64,000 nt of DNA, from NCBI RefSeq assembly GCF_006345805.1, contig NC_042999.1, positions 16,368,001 to 16,432,000 of the forward strand, read 5' to 3'. This stretch comes from Octopus sinensis (taxonomy: Eukaryota). Below, piece by piece: positions 61,086 through 64,000 of this stretch; position 1 is the stretch's first letter; each line of letters starts with the position of its first letter. A model generated the notes under the pieces. That model searched no databases. It saw nothing but the letters and a program-made list of their open reading frames with translations, and was not told the DNA's origin. The translations under genes were made by a program, and so were the position numbers.

Positions 61086-61989
61086 AGAGAGTATGAGTCC
61101 AACATCCTAGCCCCCACCACCACGTGATTCCATATGAGAAGAAAACTGACTGGTACTTTATTTGATCAACTTGGACAGAACACACGATAAGGTTTACTTT
61201 GGTAGGATTTTCTATAAAACTAATCGGAAAGTACAATTTAATAGTATTTTAAAGTCAGGTAGCAAGGCTTATGGTACTGCAACAGTTAGAACCCGTAAGC
61301 CGGATAGTAGTACACATAGCTAACAGAATTGGATAATTAGTAATGTTGAAATAGGTTATAGAGGTTGTACATATTTGCCTACATGGAAGGATATGTGCGT
61401 GTGTGAAAGATGAGGAAAATATAAAAAGTATTATTGTTTTACATTCTTTTCTATTGGTGAATACATGAGAAAAAGGATGAATGTAATGCATATTCCATAA
61501 TGAGAACACAAGTATTGTTTTCTTTTCTTTTGAAATTTCAAAATCTTGTTGTTCTATATTTTTAAGGAGGAAAATGTTATTACAAATGTAAAAGGTTTCG
61601 AGTGCAAATGAAATATATATATTTCTATATTTGTATTAATGTATTGATTGAAAACATTAAGAAAAACGCTTGTACATAACGGCAAGAAAAATCGTAAGAA
61701 AGTTTATGTAAAATTTCAGATGCTCTTACTTTATTTTTATGGATGAAAATGTCATTCCATGTACAAACAATATATTTCTACAATTATATTATGTGTACCT
61801 ACTCGTCGCGTGAAGCGAAAATATTGTGTATTGTGAGAAAGTGACAATACTTTCATTATAGAAAGTGAAAGACTACCATACTGTTTCTGCTATTCTAGAA
61901 TACTTTGATTAATAAAATCCATATAATCCATAACATTTTAATTAATAAAATTCATAAAATTATACAGAGACACTGTTGTAGGGAGTGGA

Positions 61990-62460
61990 AATTCGAACGT
62001 TTCGGATAGAGTCCGTCTTCAGTGAAACGTTGGCAGGAGTAATGAGAGACAGCAAAGTTTTACAATAACTATGTTAGAAAAGCTGGCTGCAGCTGATAAG
62101 GAACGCAGGGCAACGGGATCTTTGTACGCGAACAAAGAGTGGTTTGGAGAAAGAGCCTGTGTGAAAGAAGCAGGAAGAAAGAAGAATGGAATGAGGAAGT
62201 GATGCGTGTGAAATTGGGAGTGAGGTGAAGGAAAGAGATGAGGTGAGTGAAGTGTTGATGGATAAGAAAATGTTTAATGAACTAAGAGCTGGTATAGGAG
62301 CAGAAGGAAAAGGCGTTTAGGTATAGGAGCAGAAGGAAAAGGCGTTTATTTAAATTTGTCGGGGACATGGCACCAAGCTCGAATATGAAATGCTGTTCCC
62401 TCCATTACCTTGAGAATGTGAATCCATGGAGTGCGGAGATGCCGCATAGTGATAAGTAAG
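61990..62460 (-). mobile_element. Penelope-like element 3' end: GIY-YIG C-terminus, pyrimidine-rich UTR, hammerhead-like motif
   Basis: 62455-62342 translates LSLCGISALHGFTFSR*WREQHFIFELGAMSPTNLNKR (RE..xI..L...P...N pattern); CTGAAGA...CCGAAACGTT at 62022-61997. Confidence 0.75.
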
Positions 62461-62998
62461 TGTTTACAATGGAGACGTTTATTCAATTTTGGGCTTATGA
62501 CAAGTACTAGTAGCAAATGAAGAGATAAACAAGTTAGTCATATCGATTGTTAATTTATTTTTGCTTATCAGTTAACCCTTCAGACCTGAATAACTTTTTT
62601 CATATGAAAAAAAAATTGTTTGACTGATTTCAAATACGTCATGCGATGTTAATAAAACAAAAACAGAAACAACATAATATATCATTGTGAAAAAACATCT
62701 ATACGGTATAGTCAGAATTTTAGAAAATTACCATTTCGAGAGTAAACCTGTATAATTATATTTTCCATGACATATCCATACTGTAACTGAGATTTGATTA
62801 ATGGTGTGTAATAAAGTCAAAAGGAACTCCAACGAAGGTCTTTTGAAATGAGCCAGACATATTTTGCAAATATGTAAAATCAATATTAGCTTTGGCTAAT
62901 TTTCTTGATCAAAAGCTCTGTTAAGGTTGTTTTAAACATGAGTTATATTAAGTAATATAACTAACAATAATAATCATGCATTGCCTTCTCCATTTCAG

Positions 62999-63049
62999 TA
63001 TGTAGCTGCAGACACAACAATTGATAAAACATCACTTGATTCAGCTGAG
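62999..63049 (+). CDS. Candidate 51-nt phase 0-0 coding exon: YVAADTTIDKTSLDSAE
   Basis: Acceptor TTGCCTTCTCCATTTCAG, donor GAG|GTACGT; open frame; phase-compatible with 54201-54271. Confidence 0.65.
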
Positions 63050-63678
63050 GTACGTTGTTTTAGGTAAAAAGAAAAAAGTTTTAACGAATTTTAATAATTG
63101 ATATCACAAAAGTTTTGTGGATTCAACAGAGTAAAATTTAAGAAATAAACACAAATTAGTATTAGAATCATTATTCCAGGTTTCAGAATTTAATTTACTT
63201 AAGTGTTTATATATGTAGTGCAATAGAACAGAAATAGTAAAAAATTTGAATTATCAGCTTAAAATAATTCACTAAAATGTCGAATGATTCTTGTGAAAAT
63301 GTTTTATTTTGTTTTAAAAACTGTTGAACATGGTTGTTAGATAATTTCAGCTATTCTCAACGATTTCAAACAAAAGAAAAAAAAAGAATGATGCTATTTT
63401 TAGCGGTTACTGAAACAGATTGTACAATCGAAATGCAAGTGCAATCGGCGGCTATCTTGCAGTAGTTTTGGTTTCGTTGTCTCAATAAATTTTAAACATT
63501 GCGAAATACCATGGGGTCGAATGGAGGGAGCACTCTTCCAGCAGTGACAGAGATTTGGCTCCGGTTTCTCTCGTTTAAGCAAAAAAAAAAAGCAGTGGAT
63601 AAATGCAAACAGGTCACAAGGGAACAGCGACTAAGCTGTATCGATGAGGAAATCACGAACCGCCTGAATGCTAAATCT

Positions 63679-63984
63679 GAGACCCCCTTCGGTCACGACA
63701 CAGACCATGGGATTGCACCTAGAAAGTTACCCTCCCAGGCACAAGTCCGGGCAAGATTGTTTGTGGAAGACCAGCAGTCACCCATGCTATCCAAGGGAAA
63801 AGCAAAGGCCGATACAGCTTGGCAGCAGTGACGTCGCAACTTATTTCTACAGCTGAGTGAACTGGAGCAACGTGAAATAAAGTGTCTTGCTCAGGAACAC
63901 AACACGCAGCCCCGGTCCGGGATTCGAGCTCACAACCTCACGATCGTAAGCTCGACGCTCTAACTACTGAGACATGCGCCTTCA
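63679..63984 (-). mobile_element. SINE family D, full length
   Basis: Reverse complement of the 51996-52335 family. Confidence 0.9.
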
Positions 63985-64000
63985 TGTAATTTAACGGCCA

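Overview
This is a repeat-saturated, AT-rich eukaryotic (metazoan) window. The SINE families and very high microsatellite density best fit an octopus/cephalopod genome; that is my inference and was not checked against a database. There is no prokaryotic system, CRISPR array, rRNA or intact tRNA gene. Most ORFs in the supplied track are artefacts of (TA)n/(CA)n/(CAT)n repeats or SINEs. Recognisable content: four tRNA-headed SINE families (labelled A-D here, plus a C-headed variant E), many nested or in tandem arrays; a 5'-truncated, frameshifted RTE LINE (9.9-12.8 kb); and fragments of a Tx1/L1 LINE, a Ty3/Gypsy pol, a DDD mariner-type transposase and Penelope-like elements. It also holds three stacked R4/Dong-type LINE 3' ends inside a (TAA)n tract, Helentron-type non-autonomous elements and MITEs. 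Three small plus-strand exons with strong splice signals (43121-43176, 54201-54271, 62999-63049) suggest the right third is intronic sequence of an unidentified gene. The most interesting observations are (i) a complete minimal type I hammerhead ribozyme with a U3-A8 core covariation and palindromic stem III at 48824-48864, (ii) a near-perfect 276-bp fold-back made of two head-to-head SINE copies, and (iii) the (TAA)n-targeted R4/Dong stack. Coordinates of degenerate repeats are approximate.
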